Source: Pseudomonadota bacterium
GTDB lineage: Bacteria; Myxococcota; Myxococcia; Myxococcales; Anaeromyxobacteraceae
Length of the DNA stretch: 61,443 bases
NCBI GenBank assembly: GCA_023428085.1
Contig: JAEYZK010000262.1
Span: 1 to 61,443, forward strand
Direction of reading: 5' to 3'
The translations under genes and the position numbers were made by a program. Positions 19,089 to 28,308 of this stretch are shown piece after piece. The notes under the pieces were generated by a model that was not told the origin of the DNA, searched no databases, and was given only the letters and a program-made list of their open reading frames with translations. Numbering within the stretch: position 1 is the stretch's first letter; every line of letters starts with the position of its first letter.

Positions 19089-20792
19089 GTGTCGCAGATC
19101 GAGACCCTCATCACCCAGACCGAGAAGCACCGCTCCATCTTCGAGGAGTGCATCCGCAAGCTGGCCGTCCCCGTGTGCGCCGCGTTCAAGGACGGCGCCG
19201 GGGTCGCCCCCGTGGACTTCCAGGCCGGCGCCGAGGCGATCTCCACGAAGGACACGCCGGCCGTGAACGCGAAGTTCCCGAAGACCTCCGGCGCGTCCGG
19301 CAACAAGGTCCTCGTCGGCCAGGGCCGCGTCAGCGCCCCCGCGCAGGGCAAGCGCGTCGCGGTCCTCTTCTCCGGCGGCCCGGCCGCCGGCGGCCACAAC
19401 GTGATCGCCGGCCTCCAGGCGGCGCTCGGCGAGGGGAACACGCTCCTCGGCGTGCGCGCGGGCCCGAAGGGGCTCATCGAGGGCAAGCTGTTCGAGATCA
19501 CGAGCGAGGCCGTCGCCGGGATCCTCAACACCGGCGGGTTCGACTTCCTCGGCTCCGACCGCACCAAGATCAAGAAGGACGAGCAGTTCGCGGCCGTCAA
19601 GAAGACGTGCGTGGACAACGCGCTCGACGCCATCGTGGTGGTCGGCGGCGACGACTCCAACACCAACGCGGCCATCCTCGCCGAGTACCTCTTCTCCGGC
19701 GTGAAGCAGGACGGCGGCGGCGTCCAGGTGATCGGCGTCCCCAAGACGATCGACGGCGACCTGCAGATCGGCGACCTCCTCCCGATCTCGTTCGGCTTCG
19801 ACACCGCAACCCGCGTCTACGCGGAGATGACCGGCAACATCCTCCAGGACACGCCCTCGTCCCGGAAGTACTGGCACTTCGTGAAGCTCATGGGCCGCGC
19901 CGCCTCGCACGTGGCGCTCGAGGTCGGCCTCCAGGTCAAGCCGGCGGTGCTGCTCGTCTCCGAGGAGGTCGCGGAGAAGAAGCTCCCCCTCTCGACCATC
20001 ATCGACGGCATCGCCAGGGTGGTCGTGGCGCGGGCGAAGAAGGGCATCAACCACGGCGTGGTCGTCGTGCCCGAGGGGCTCATCGAGTTCATCCCCGAGA
20101 TGAACGCCCTCATCGCCGCCATCGACCACGAGATGGCGGACAAGGCGGCCGCGGTCGGGCCGATGAAGGAGGCCGATCGGGTCTCGTTCATCCCGCGCCA
20201 CCTGAAGCCCGACCTGGCGGCGCTCTTCCACTCGCTGCCCGGCTACATCCAGACGATGCTGGTCGCGGACCGCGACTCGCACGGGAACCTCCAGGTGTCG
20301 CTCATCCCCACCGAGCGGCTCCTCATGGACATGGTCGCGATCCGCGTGGCCGAGCTCGACGCGTCCGTGAAGTTCTCGACCCACGCCCACTTCTTCGGGT
20401 ACGAGGGCCGCTGCGGCGCCCCCACCCTCTTCGACGCCGCGTACACGTACAACCTCGGCCTCACCGCCGGCTCGCTCATCCTCGCGGGCAAGACCGGGTA
20501 CATGGCCTCGGTCCGCGATCTCGAGGCCGGCGGGCGTCCCGTCGCGATCCCGCTCACCGGGCTGCTCAACGTCGAGCGCCGCCACGGGAAGGACGAGATG
20601 GTGATCGAGAAGGCGCTGGTGAAGCTCGACTCGCCCGCCTTCCGCTACTTCGCCGCGCGCCGCGAGGCGTGGGCCGCCGAGGACGTCTTCTGCTCCCCGG
20701 GCCCGCGGCAGCTCTGGGGGCCGGCGGCGATGCAGCTGCCGATGACGGTGGCCCTCAACCGGAGCTATGCTTCCCTCGCGTTCAGGTTCTGA
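19089..20792 (+). CDS. pfp: Pyrophosphate-dependent 6-phosphofructokinase (long type)
   Basis: SGGPAAGGHNV, GGDDSNTNA (Asp at the PPi-specificity position), PKTIDGDL, MGRAASHVALE, GYEGR; GTG 19089 with AGGAGA SD. Confidence 0.92.
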   Translation: MSQIETLITQTEKHRSIFEECIRKLAVPVCAAFKDGAGVAPVDFQAGAEAISTKDTPAVNAKFPKTSGASGNKVLVGQGRVSAPAQGKRVAVLFSGGPAAGGHNVIAGLQAALGEGNTLLGVRAGPKGLIEGKLFEITSEAVAGILNTGGFDFLGSDRTKIKKDEQFAAVKKTCVDNALDAIVVVGGDDSNTNAAILAEYLFSGVKQDGGGVQVIGVPKTIDGDLQIGDLLPISFGFDTATRVYAEMTGNILQDTPSSRKYWHFVKLMGRAASHVALEVGLQVKPAVLLVSEEVAEKKLPLSTIIDGIARVVVARAKKGINHGVVVVPEGLIEFIPEMNALIAAIDHEMADKAAAVGPMKEADRVSFIPRHLKPDLAALFHSLPGYIQTMLVADRDSHGNLQVSLIPTERLLMDMVAIRVAELDASVKFSTHAHFFGYEGRCGAPTLFDAAYTYNLGLTAGSLILAGKTGYMASVRDLEAGGRPVAIPLTGLLNVERRHGKDEMVIEKALVKLDSPAFRYFAARREAWAAEDVFCSPGPRQLWGPAAMQLPMTVALNRSYASLAFRF

Positions 20793-20857
20793 CCCCGTGA
20801 ACGAGCCCGCGCCCGAGCCCACGCCCGACGATCCGGGCAGGCTCGGACGCGGCGCCG

Positions 20858-21247
20858 CTACCGCGCGGCGCCGCCCGCCAGCGCCCGCCCCAGGGCCATG
20901 CCCAGGAGCCCGCCCACGGCGCAGGCGCCGACGGTGATCGCGACGTGGAGCGCCGCGAGCCCGGCGCCCCCGTCCTGCGCGAGGCGCAGCGTCTCGTGGT
21001 TGAACGAAGAGTACGTGGTGTAGCCGCCCAGCACGCCCGTCGTCAGGAAGAGCCGCAGGTCGGGCGCGAGGGCGGGGGTCCGGCCCGCCAGCTCGAGCAC
21101 GAGCCCGATCAGGAACGACCCGGTCACGTTCACGAAGAGCGTCCCCAGCGGGAACTGCGCCCCGAAGGCGCGCTCCAGCCACCCCGAGGCCAGGAACCGG
21201 GCCCCGGAGCCGATCGCTCCCCCCAGGCAGACGAGCAGCAGCCGCAT
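20858..21247 (-). CDS. crcB: Fluoride efflux channel CrcB/Fluc
   Basis: GGAIGSGAR, FPLGTLFVN, TGVLGGYTTYSSF. Confidence 0.92.
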   Translation of the reverse strand: MRLLLVCLGGAIGSGARFLASGWLERAFGAQFPLGTLFVNVTGSFLIGLVLELAGRTPALAPDLRLFLTTGVLGGYTTYSSFNHETLRLAQDGGAGLAALHVAITVGACAVGGLLGMALGRALAGGAAR

Positions 21248-21309
21248 GCGAACGCGGAGGGTACCGGGGGACGCGGCGGCCCGCAACCGCTGCCTCCGCG
21301 GGAGGCGGA

Positions 21310-23361
21310 TCACACGGCGCCCAGCAGCTCCCGGGCCGCGTCCACCGCCTCGCGCGAGCCCGCGACCGCCAGCGCGTCGCCCGCGCGCAGCGCCTCGGTC
21401 GCCGTCGGATACACCACCGAGCCGTCCGGCCGCGAGATGGCGAGCACGGTGGCGCCGGTCCGCCCGCGCACCTCGAGCGTCGCGAGCGTCTTCCCCACCG
21501 CCGGGCTCGCCGGCGGGAGCCGGAGCGCCACGGGCTCCCCGACCCCGGGGAAGAGCGCCCGGAACGTGCCCATCGCGTCGGCGCCGCCCAGGGCAGCGGG
21601 CGTGCCCTGCCGCGCGAGCGCCTCCACGATGGCCTGCGCGCTCGCCCGCACGTGACCCTGCAGGTTGGCGGCGCTGCGCCAGAAGGCGAACCCGAGCGTG
21701 AGGAGCGTCACGCCGAGGAGGACCGCGCCCATGCCTCCCGGCAGGAACGGCTGCGTCACCGCGATGATCGGCGCGAGCACGAGCAGCGCCGCCGCGAGCT
21801 GGAGCATGGCGAGCAGCGCCCTGCGCGGGGCCGCGGCCAGGTCCAGGCCGCCGGCGCCTCCCGCGGGGAGCGCCGCCGAGGCGAGGGTCAGGCCCAGGCG
21901 GCGCGCGTTGGCGAACAGGCCGAAGGTGAAGGGCGCGGCGAGGACCGCGACCACGGCGACGACCGCCATGCGCGAGCGATCCGGGCGCACCGCGAGCGCG
22001 CTCCGGAGCCACGCCGACGCGGGCTCGACCGCGACCGCCGCGCCGATGGTGAGCCCGATGACCGCGGCCGCGTCCACCGAGAGCGCGCGGACGAGCCGGC
22101 GGACCCGGGCGCCGAGCCCGCGGCGGTCGGGCGCGCCGCGCACCCGCTCCAGCCACGAGCCGTACAGCGAGGCCGCGGTCTGGAGGGGCCGCGGGAGCTT
22201 GCGATCGATCCACGCCGCCGCCGTGCCCGACGCGCGGATGGACCACGGCGTGGTCAGCGTGGTGATCGCCGAGACGGCCGCGATGACCGGGTACAGGAAG
22301 GGGCGCGTCGCGCCGAGCGAGGACCCGAGCGCGGCGAGGATGAACGAGAACTCCCCGATCTGCCCGAGGCTCATCCCCGCCTGCACGGCGCCGCGGACGC
22401 CGCTCCCGGTGAGGAAGGCCCCGAGGGCCACCGCGGTGGACTTCGCGGCCACGACGAGGACCAGCAGCGCGGCGACCGCGCCCCAGTGGCGCGCGACGAG
22501 CGCGGGGTCCACGAGCATGCCCACCGAGACGAAGAACACGGCCGCGAAGACGTCGCGGACGGGGCGGACCAGCTCGGAGACGTCGTGGGCCTCGCCCGAC
22601 TCGGCCACGAGCGAGCCGGCCACGAACGCGCCGAGCGCGACCGAGTAGCCCGCTGCGGAGGCGAGGGACGCGATGCCGAAGCAGAGGCCGAGGCTCGCGA
22701 CGAGGAGGACCTCGGGGCGGTCGAGCCGCCGCACGTACCGGATCGCCCGCGGGACCGTGAGCATCCCGAGCGCGAGGACCGCGACGAGGAACGCGGCGAG
22801 CCGGCCCAGCGTCGTCGCGACCTCCGCCGGCGAGACGCCGATCCCCGCGGCGACCGCGGTCAGCACCGCCATGAAGAGGACCGCGAAGAGATCCTCCACG
22901 AGCAGCACGCCGACCACCAGGTCGCGGATCGGCCCCCGGACGCGCAGCTCGTCGAACGCCTTGGCGATGATCGTGGTGCTGGACATCGCCACCATCGCCC
23001 CCGTGAAGACGCTCTCGAGCACGGTGAACCCGAGCGACGTGCCGACCGCGAAGCCGGCCCACACCATCAGGCTCGACTGGATGAGCGCGGTGAGCGAGGC
23101 GGCCGGACCCACGCGGGCCAGCCGCCGCAGGCTGAACTCGAGCCCCAGCCCGAACATGAGCAGGATGACGCCCAGCTCGGACAGGGTCTCGACCACCGCC
23201 CGGTCGGCGACGAGCGGGATCGGGACGTGCGGCCCGACGATCAGCCCCGCGAGCAGGTAGCCGAGCACCACCGGCTGGCGCAGCCGCTGGAACAGGACCG
23301 TCGTGATGGCGGCGACGCCGAGGATGACGGCCAGCGCCTGGAGGAACGCGTGCGCGTTCAT
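21310..23361 (-). CDS. CPA2-family cation:proton antiporter with C-terminal TrkA-C (RCK-C) domain
   Basis: LRQPVVLGYLLAG, SSTTIIAK, LLVED, QIGEFSFI; C-terminal 'VGKTLATLEVRGRTGATVLAI'. Confidence 0.9.
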   Translation of the reverse strand: MNAHAFLQALAVILGVAAITTVLFQRLRQPVVLGYLLAGLIVGPHVPIPLVADRAVVETLSELGVILLMFGLGLEFSLRRLARVGPAASLTALIQSSLMVWAGFAVGTSLGFTVLESVFTGAMVAMSSTTIIAKAFDELRVRGPIRDLVVGVLLVEDLFAVLFMAVLTAVAAGIGVSPAEVATTLGRLAAFLVAVLALGMLTVPRAIRYVRRLDRPEVLLVASLGLCFGIASLASAAGYSVALGAFVAGSLVAESGEAHDVSELVRPVRDVFAAVFFVSVGMLVDPALVARHWGAVAALLVLVVAAKSTAVALGAFLTGSGVRGAVQAGMSLGQIGEFSFILAALGSSLGATRPFLYPVIAAVSAITTLTTPWSIRASGTAAAWIDRKLPRPLQTAASLYGSWLERVRGAPDRRGLGARVRRLVRALSVDAAAVIGLTIGAAVAVEPASAWLRSALAVRPDRSRMAVVAVVAVLAAPFTFGLFANARRLGLTLASAALPAGGAGGLDLAAAPRRALLAMLQLAAALLVLAPIIAVTQPFLPGGMGAVLLGVTLLTLGFAFWRSAANLQGHVRASAQAIVEALARQGTPAALGGADAMGTFRALFPGVGEPVALRLPPASPAVGKTLATLEVRGRTGATVLAISRPDGSVVYPTATEALRAGDALAVAGSREAVDAARELLGAV

Positions 23362-24122
23362 CGCGGAGGGAACGGGAGCTGGACGAAGAAGGCGCTGCCG
23401 CGCCCGCCGACGCTCTCGCAGCGGAGGCGCCCGCCCATCGCCTCGACGAGCCCGTGCGCGAGGAAGAGGCCGAGGCCGCGCCCCTCCCCGCCGCGCGTCG
23501 TGTGGAAGGGCTCGAAGAGCCGCGCGCGCGCCGCCTCGGAGATGCCCTCCCCCGTGTCGCGGATCTCGACCTCCACGCCGGCCGCGTACGGGCGGGCGCG
23601 GATCCGGACCTCGTGCGCCCCCGGGCTCCCCTCGGGGATCGCCTGCGCCGCGTTGAGGAGCAGGTTCAGGAACACCTGCCCGAGCGGTGCCTCGTCGCCC
23701 GCGACGGGCGGGAGCTCCCCGTAGTCCTTCACCAGGCGTGCACGGTTCCGGAGCTGGCCCGCCGCGAGGCTCGCGGCGAGATCGAGGAGCCGGGGCAGCT
23801 CGACGGCCTGCATCCGGCCCGGGTCGCGCGAGAAGGCCTGGAGCGCGCCGACGAGCGCCCGCACCCGCCCGGCCCCCTGCTGCGCGTCCGCCACCGCCGA
23901 CCGGAGCTCCTCCAGGCGATCGGCCGGGAGGAGCGCGCCGAGTTCGCGGAGCTCCGCGGCGACGTGCTGCAGTCCGCTCACGACGCTGGTCAGCGGGTTG
24001 TTGATCTCGTGGGCCATGCCGCGGGCCATCGCGCCGAGCGAGGCGAGGCGGGCGGCCTCCAGGAGCTGCGCGCGGGTGGGGCCTTGCTCGATCCCGCTCT
24101 GGTCGCGTCCGTTCCCGCGCAT
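23358..24122 (-). CDS. Cytoplasmic histidine kinase lacking a sensor domain
   Basis: AHEINNPL, QVFLNLLLNAAQA, DTGEGI, FEPF, GRGLGL; start uncertain (ATG 24122). Confidence 0.8.
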   Translation of the reverse strand: MRGNGRDQSGIEQGPTRAQLLEAARLASLGAMARGMAHEINNPLTSVVSGLQHVAAELRELGALLPADRLEELRSAVADAQQGAGRVRALVGALQAFSRDPGRMQAVELPRLLDLAASLAAGQLRNRARLVKDYGELPPVAGDEAPLGQVFLNLLLNAAQAIPEGSPGAHEVRIRARPYAAGVEVEIRDTGEGISEAARARLFEPFHTTRGGEGRGLGLFLAHGLVEAMGGRLRCESVGGRGSAFFVQLPFPPR

Positions 24123-24360
24123 CGCGCCCAGTGAAGCTGGTTCGCGGAGGCGGGGCAAGCGCGCTTCCGACGCGGGGTCGGCCCGATCGGGGTGGCGCGC
24201 GTGCGACCCGCGCAGGCGCCCAGGAGCGCCTGCGCGCATGGGCGCCGGAGAGGGGCGCGACCGTCCCCGACGGCGCTCGCCCGACACTCGCCCCCGCGAC
24301 GGGCCCGGGCCACCTTCTCGTTCGAGCGCCGGCGCGCCCGCGTCGGCCGAAAGGACGCAC

Positions 24361-26244
24361 GTGACGAACCAGACCGATCGATGGAGCGCGCTCGCGACGC
24401 AGCTCCGGGCCGACAGCATCCGCGCCACCACCGCCGCGGGCTCCGGCCACCCCAGCTCCAGCCTGTCGGCCGCCGACCTCGCGGCCGTCCTCCTCGCCGA
24501 TCACCTGCACGCCGACTGGGGCCGGCCGAGCGACCTCGACAACGACCGCCTCGTGCTCTCGAAGGGCCACGCCGCGCCGCTGCTGTACGCGATGTTCAAG
24601 GCGGCGGGGGCGATCACCGACGAGGAGCTGCTCACGCTGCGCAGGCGCGGGAGCCGGATCGAGGGCCACCCGACGCCCCGCCTGCCGTGGGTGGACGTGG
24701 CCACCGGCTCGCTCGGCCAGGGGCTGCCCGCCGCGATCGGGATGGCGCTCGCCGCGCGCCTCCTGGAGCGCGACGTCCGGATCTGGGTGTTGCTCGGGGA
24801 CAGCGAGCTCTCCGAGGGGAGCGTCTACGAGGCGCTCGAGCTCGGCGGGCACCTCGGGCTGCGCCAGGTCGTCGCGATCGCGGACGTGAACCGCCTCGGC
24901 CAGCGCGGGCCGACGATGCTCGGGTGGGACGTCGAGCAGTACGCGGCCCGGGCCCGCGTGTTCGGCTGGAACGCGCTCGTGGTGGACGGCCACGACCGCG
25001 AGGCGATCCACCGGGCGTACGCCGCCGCCGAGGGCTCCGACCGCCCGGTGTTCGTCGTCGCGCGCACGAAGAAGGGCGCGGGCGTCTCGGCGCTCGAGGA
25101 CCTGGAGGGCTGGCACGGGAAGCCGCTCCCGGAGGAGGACGCGCGGCGGGCGCTCGGCGAGCTCGGCGATCCTGCGTGCGACCTCCGCGTCGAGCCGCCT
25201 CCCCCCCGGCGCCAGACCGGGCGCACCGCCGCGCCGGCGGGGCCGTACGAGCCGCCGCGCTGGGAGGTCGGGGCCAGGGTCGCGACGCGCGAGGCGTTCG
25301 GCGACGCCCTCCGGGCGCTCGGCGCGGCGCGGCCCGACGTCGTCGCCCTCGACGGCGAGGTGGGCAACTCCACGTTCACCGAGCGGTTCGAGCAGGCCTA
25401 CCCGGACCGCTTCTTCCAGACGTACATCGCCGAGCAGCAGCTCGTGAGCGCGGCCGTGGGGCTCCAGGTCTTCGGGCTCGTGCCCTTCGCGGCCACGTTC
25501 GCCGCGTTCCTCTCCCGCGCCGACGATCAGATCCGCATGGCGGCGGTCTCGCGGGCGCACCTCTGCCTCTCCGGCTCGCACGCCGGCGTCTCGATCGGCG
25601 AGGACGGCCCCTCGCAGATGGCGCTCGAGGATCTCGCCACGCTGCGCGCGGTGCACGGGAGCACGGTGCTCTATCCCTCGTGCGCGACGTGCACGGCCGC
25701 CCTCGTGCCGCTCATGGCGGCGGGGACCGGCATCCACTACCTGCGGACGACCCGCGGGAAGACGCCGGTGCTCTACGGCCCCGACGAGCGGTTCAGCGTC
25801 GGCGGGAGCAAGACCCTGCGCCGCTCGAGCGGCGATCAGGCGGCGGTGCTCGCCGCGGGGATCACGCTGCACGAGGCGCTGGAGGCGCACGAGGCGCTCG
25901 CGCGCGAGGGCGTCCAGGTCCGCGTGGTGGACCTCTACTCGGTGAAGCCGATCGACCGCGCCACGGTCGAGGCGTGCGCCACCGAGTGCCACGGCCGGCT
26001 CGTCGTGGTCGAGGATCACCGGCGCGAGGGAGGCCTGGGCGACGCGGTGGCCGAGGTGTTCGACGGCCGGCCTGCGCCGGCGATCACGCGGCTCGCGGTG
26101 CAGGGCATGCCGGCGTCGGGGACGCCGGAGGAGCTGCTCGCGGACGCGGGGATCGACGCGGAGAGCATCGTGCGGGCGGTGCGGAGGGCGATCGGGTTGG
26201 AGGCGCCGGCGGAGACGGCGCGGGGGAGTCCGCAGGCGGAGTGA
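24361..26244 (+). CDS. tkt: Transketolase
   Basis: SGHPSSS, SKGHAAP, EGHPTP, TGSLGQG, GDSE..EG, IAEQ, GEDGPSQMALED; GTG start. Confidence 0.92.
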   Translation: MTNQTDRWSALATQLRADSIRATTAAGSGHPSSSLSAADLAAVLLADHLHADWGRPSDLDNDRLVLSKGHAAPLLYAMFKAAGAITDEELLTLRRRGSRIEGHPTPRLPWVDVATGSLGQGLPAAIGMALAARLLERDVRIWVLLGDSELSEGSVYEALELGGHLGLRQVVAIADVNRLGQRGPTMLGWDVEQYAARARVFGWNALVVDGHDREAIHRAYAAAEGSDRPVFVVARTKKGAGVSALEDLEGWHGKPLPEEDARRALGELGDPACDLRVEPPPPRRQTGRTAAPAGPYEPPRWEVGARVATREAFGDALRALGAARPDVVALDGEVGNSTFTERFEQAYPDRFFQTYIAEQQLVSAAVGLQVFGLVPFAATFAAFLSRADDQIRMAAVSRAHLCLSGSHAGVSIGEDGPSQMALEDLATLRAVHGSTVLYPSCATCTAALVPLMAAGTGIHYLRTTRGKTPVLYGPDERFSVGGSKTLRRSSGDQAAVLAAGITLHEALEAHEALAREGVQVRVVDLYSVKPIDRATVEACATECHGRLVVVEDHRREGGLGDAVAEVFDGRPAPAITRLAVQGMPASGTPEELLADAGIDAESIVRAVRRAIGLEAPAETARGSPQAE

Positions 26245-26267
26245 GCGGGGGCGGCGGGGGCGGCTCC

Positions 26268-26412
26268 GTGGCCGCGAACGGGGCCGTGAACGGTGGCCGT
26301 GAACGGTGGCCGTGAACGGTGGCCGTGAACGGTGGCCGTGAACGGTGGCCGTGAACGGTGGCCGTGAACGGTGGCCGTGAACGGTGGCCGTGACGGTGGC
26401 CGTGGCGGTGGC
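26268..26412. repeat. Tandem repeat, 13-bp unit GTGGCCGTGAACG
   Basis: Seven perfect units at 26293-26383 plus degenerate 12/13-bp units on both sides. Confidence 0.95.
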
Positions 26413-26447
26413 AGGTACCCGTCACCGTGATGCTTGCTTGCTGTGGT

Positions 26448-26503
26448 CCGTTCGCCCTGAGCGTAGGGCCCGCGCAGCGGGCCCGGAGTCGAAGGGCGGA
26501 CGG
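26448..26503. repeat. Long variant of the REP-like palindrome
   Basis: CCGTTCGCCCTGAGCGTA-GGGCCCGCGCAGCGGGCCC-GGAGTCGAAGGGCGGACGG. Confidence 0.78.
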
Positions 26504-26586
26504 TGGAGCGCGGGTGACGGACCGGAGCCGTTCGGCGACTCCTTCCAAGCTCCCCGCCTCGGCCCGGACACGGTACCATCGCTCCG

Positions 26587-27105
26587 ATGCCCCGCCGCCT
26601 CCTCCTCGCCGCCGTCGCGCTCCTCGCGCTCGCCGGGGGGGCCGGCGCGGCGGGCCTCGCCCGCCGCTTCGCGGGCGCGGCGGATCCGTGCGCGACGGGC
26701 GCGAGCGCGGTCGTGGTCCTCACCGCGAGCCGCACCCTCTGGCTGTGCGAGCGTGGCAGGGCCACGGCGCGGTTCCGGGTCTCGCTCGGCCAGGGCGGGA
26801 CCGACAAGCGGCGGGAGGGCGACGAGAAGACGCCGCTCGGTACGTACACGCTCGGTGCACCCCGGGCGTCCGCAGGCTGGGGCACGTTCATCCCGATCGG
26901 CTACCCGACCGCCGCGCAGCGGCGGCGCGGGTACACGGGCGCGGCGGTGGGCGTCCACGGCCCCGCGCGCGGGTTCCGCTGGGCCGGCCGGGCCAACGCC
27001 TGGTTCGACTGGACGGGCGGCTGCGTCGGGATGGCCTCCGACGCGGAGCTCGCGCAGGTCGCCGCGGTCGCGCGGCGCGGCGGGGCGACGATCTCGATCC
27101 GCTAG
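26587..27105 (+). CDS. L,D-transpeptidase (YkuD) family exported protein
   Basis: Signal peptide; K..EGDEKTPLGTY, IGYP, VGVHG...WTGGCVG catalytic His/Cys motif. Confidence 0.82.
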   Translation: MPRRLLLAAVALLALAGGAGAAGLARRFAGAADPCATGASAVVVLTASRTLWLCERGRATARFRVSLGQGGTDKRREGDEKTPLGTYTLGAPRASAGWGTFIPIGYPTAAQRRRGYTGAAVGVHGPARGFRWAGRANAWFDWTGGCVGMASDAELAQVAAVARRGGATISIR

Positions 27106-28163
27106 GGAGCGGCCGCGGGCCCGGTGGTCTCGCGCACGACGAGCTCCGGCGCGACCACGATCCGCTCGACCTCGCCCGCCCACTCCTCCTCCGGCCGGCC
27201 GATCTTCCGCAGCACGGCCTCGGCGGCGATCCGCCCCATCTCCTGGAGCGGCTGGCGGATGGTGGTGAGCCCGGGCCCCATGTACCCGGCGCTCTCGATG
27301 TCGTCGAAGCCGACGACCGAGATGTCGCCCGGCACCCGGTGGCCTTGCGCCTCGAGCGCGTGGATCGCGCCGATCGCGGACACGTCGTTGAAGGCGAAGA
27401 GCGCGGTGAACCGCTCGCCCGCGGCGAGGAGCTTGTTCGTCACGTCGTAGCCGAGCTGCGCGGTCGAGGACGGCATCACGATCGGCTCGACCAGGCGCGG
27501 CGCGATGGTGAGCCCGAGCTTGCGCGCCGCGGCCACGGTCGCACGCCAGCGCACGTCGGTGTCCGGCACCTCGGGGGTGCCCTTGATGAAGGCGATCCGC
27601 CGGTGGCCGAGCTCCACCAGGTGGCGCAGGGCGAGCAGGGCCGCGGTGCCGTGGTCCAGCACGACGCTCGTCGTCCCCTTCACCGCGTGGTGGCACGAGA
27701 CCGTCGCGACGGGGATGGGGAGCCGCCGCTCCCACGGCGCGCTCACCACGACGAGCCCGTCCGCGCCGCGGTCGGTGAAGCCGGCGGCGTACTGCTCGAC
27801 GCGCTCCGGCTGCAGGTAGTGACTCGCGACGTAGTGGAAGTAGCCCTGCGCGGCGAGGCCGTCCTCGATGCCCTGGAGGACGAGGACGTTGTAGCCCTGG
27901 CTCACGCCGGGGATCATCACGCCCACGCTGTAGGTCCGGCGGGTCCGGAGCGAGCGCGCGAGGAAGTTGGGCCGGTAGCCGAGCTCGCGCGCCTTCGCGC
28001 GGACCCGCTCCTGCGTCTCCGCGGAGATGCCGACGGACGTGTCTCCCTTGAGGACGAGCGAGATGGTCGCGGGCGAGAGGCCGAGCGCGGCGGCGAGCTC
28101 ACGCTGCGTCGGGGGCCGCCCGACGGGCGGCGGCCTCGGAGAGCGCTTCCGGGGAGGCGTCAC
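27102..28163 (-). CDS. LacI-family transcriptional regulator
   Basis: HTH 'LAAALGLSPATISLVL'; GYRPNFLARSL; FNDVSAIG; ISVVGFDD; LTTIRQP. Confidence 0.92.
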   Translation of the reverse strand: MTPPRKRSPRPPPVGRPPTQRELAAALGLSPATISLVLKGDTSVGISAETQERVRAKARELGYRPNFLARSLRTRRTYSVGVMIPGVSQGYNVLVLQGIEDGLAAQGYFHYVASHYLQPERVEQYAAGFTDRGADGLVVVSAPWERRLPIPVATVSCHHAVKGTTSVVLDHGTAALLALRHLVELGHRRIAFIKGTPEVPDTDVRWRATVAAARKLGLTIAPRLVEPIVMPSSTAQLGYDVTNKLLAAGERFTALFAFNDVSAIGAIHALEAQGHRVPGDISVVGFDDIESAGYMGPGLTTIRQPLQEMGRIAAEAVLRKIGRPEEEWAGEVERIVVAPELVVRETTGPAAAP

Positions 28164-28308
28164 GGCGTCATCATGCCCGCAACCCGGACGGAGTGCGAGG
28201 AAGTGTGGGCGCGCCGCCCCATCCAGCCGGCGAGCGACCGCTCCGCCGCCGGAGCGGGCTTTTCACGATTCGTGGGAAGGAACCCCGGGCGCTGGCTGTA
28301 CGTACGGC

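Noticed and set aside
21248..21309. Fluoride riboswitch upstream of crcB
   Set aside because: Only a short GC hairpin; the conserved GGCGATG-type motif was not seen
26268..26412. Possible CRISPR array
   Set aside because: Contiguous 13-bp units with no unique spacers and no cas genes
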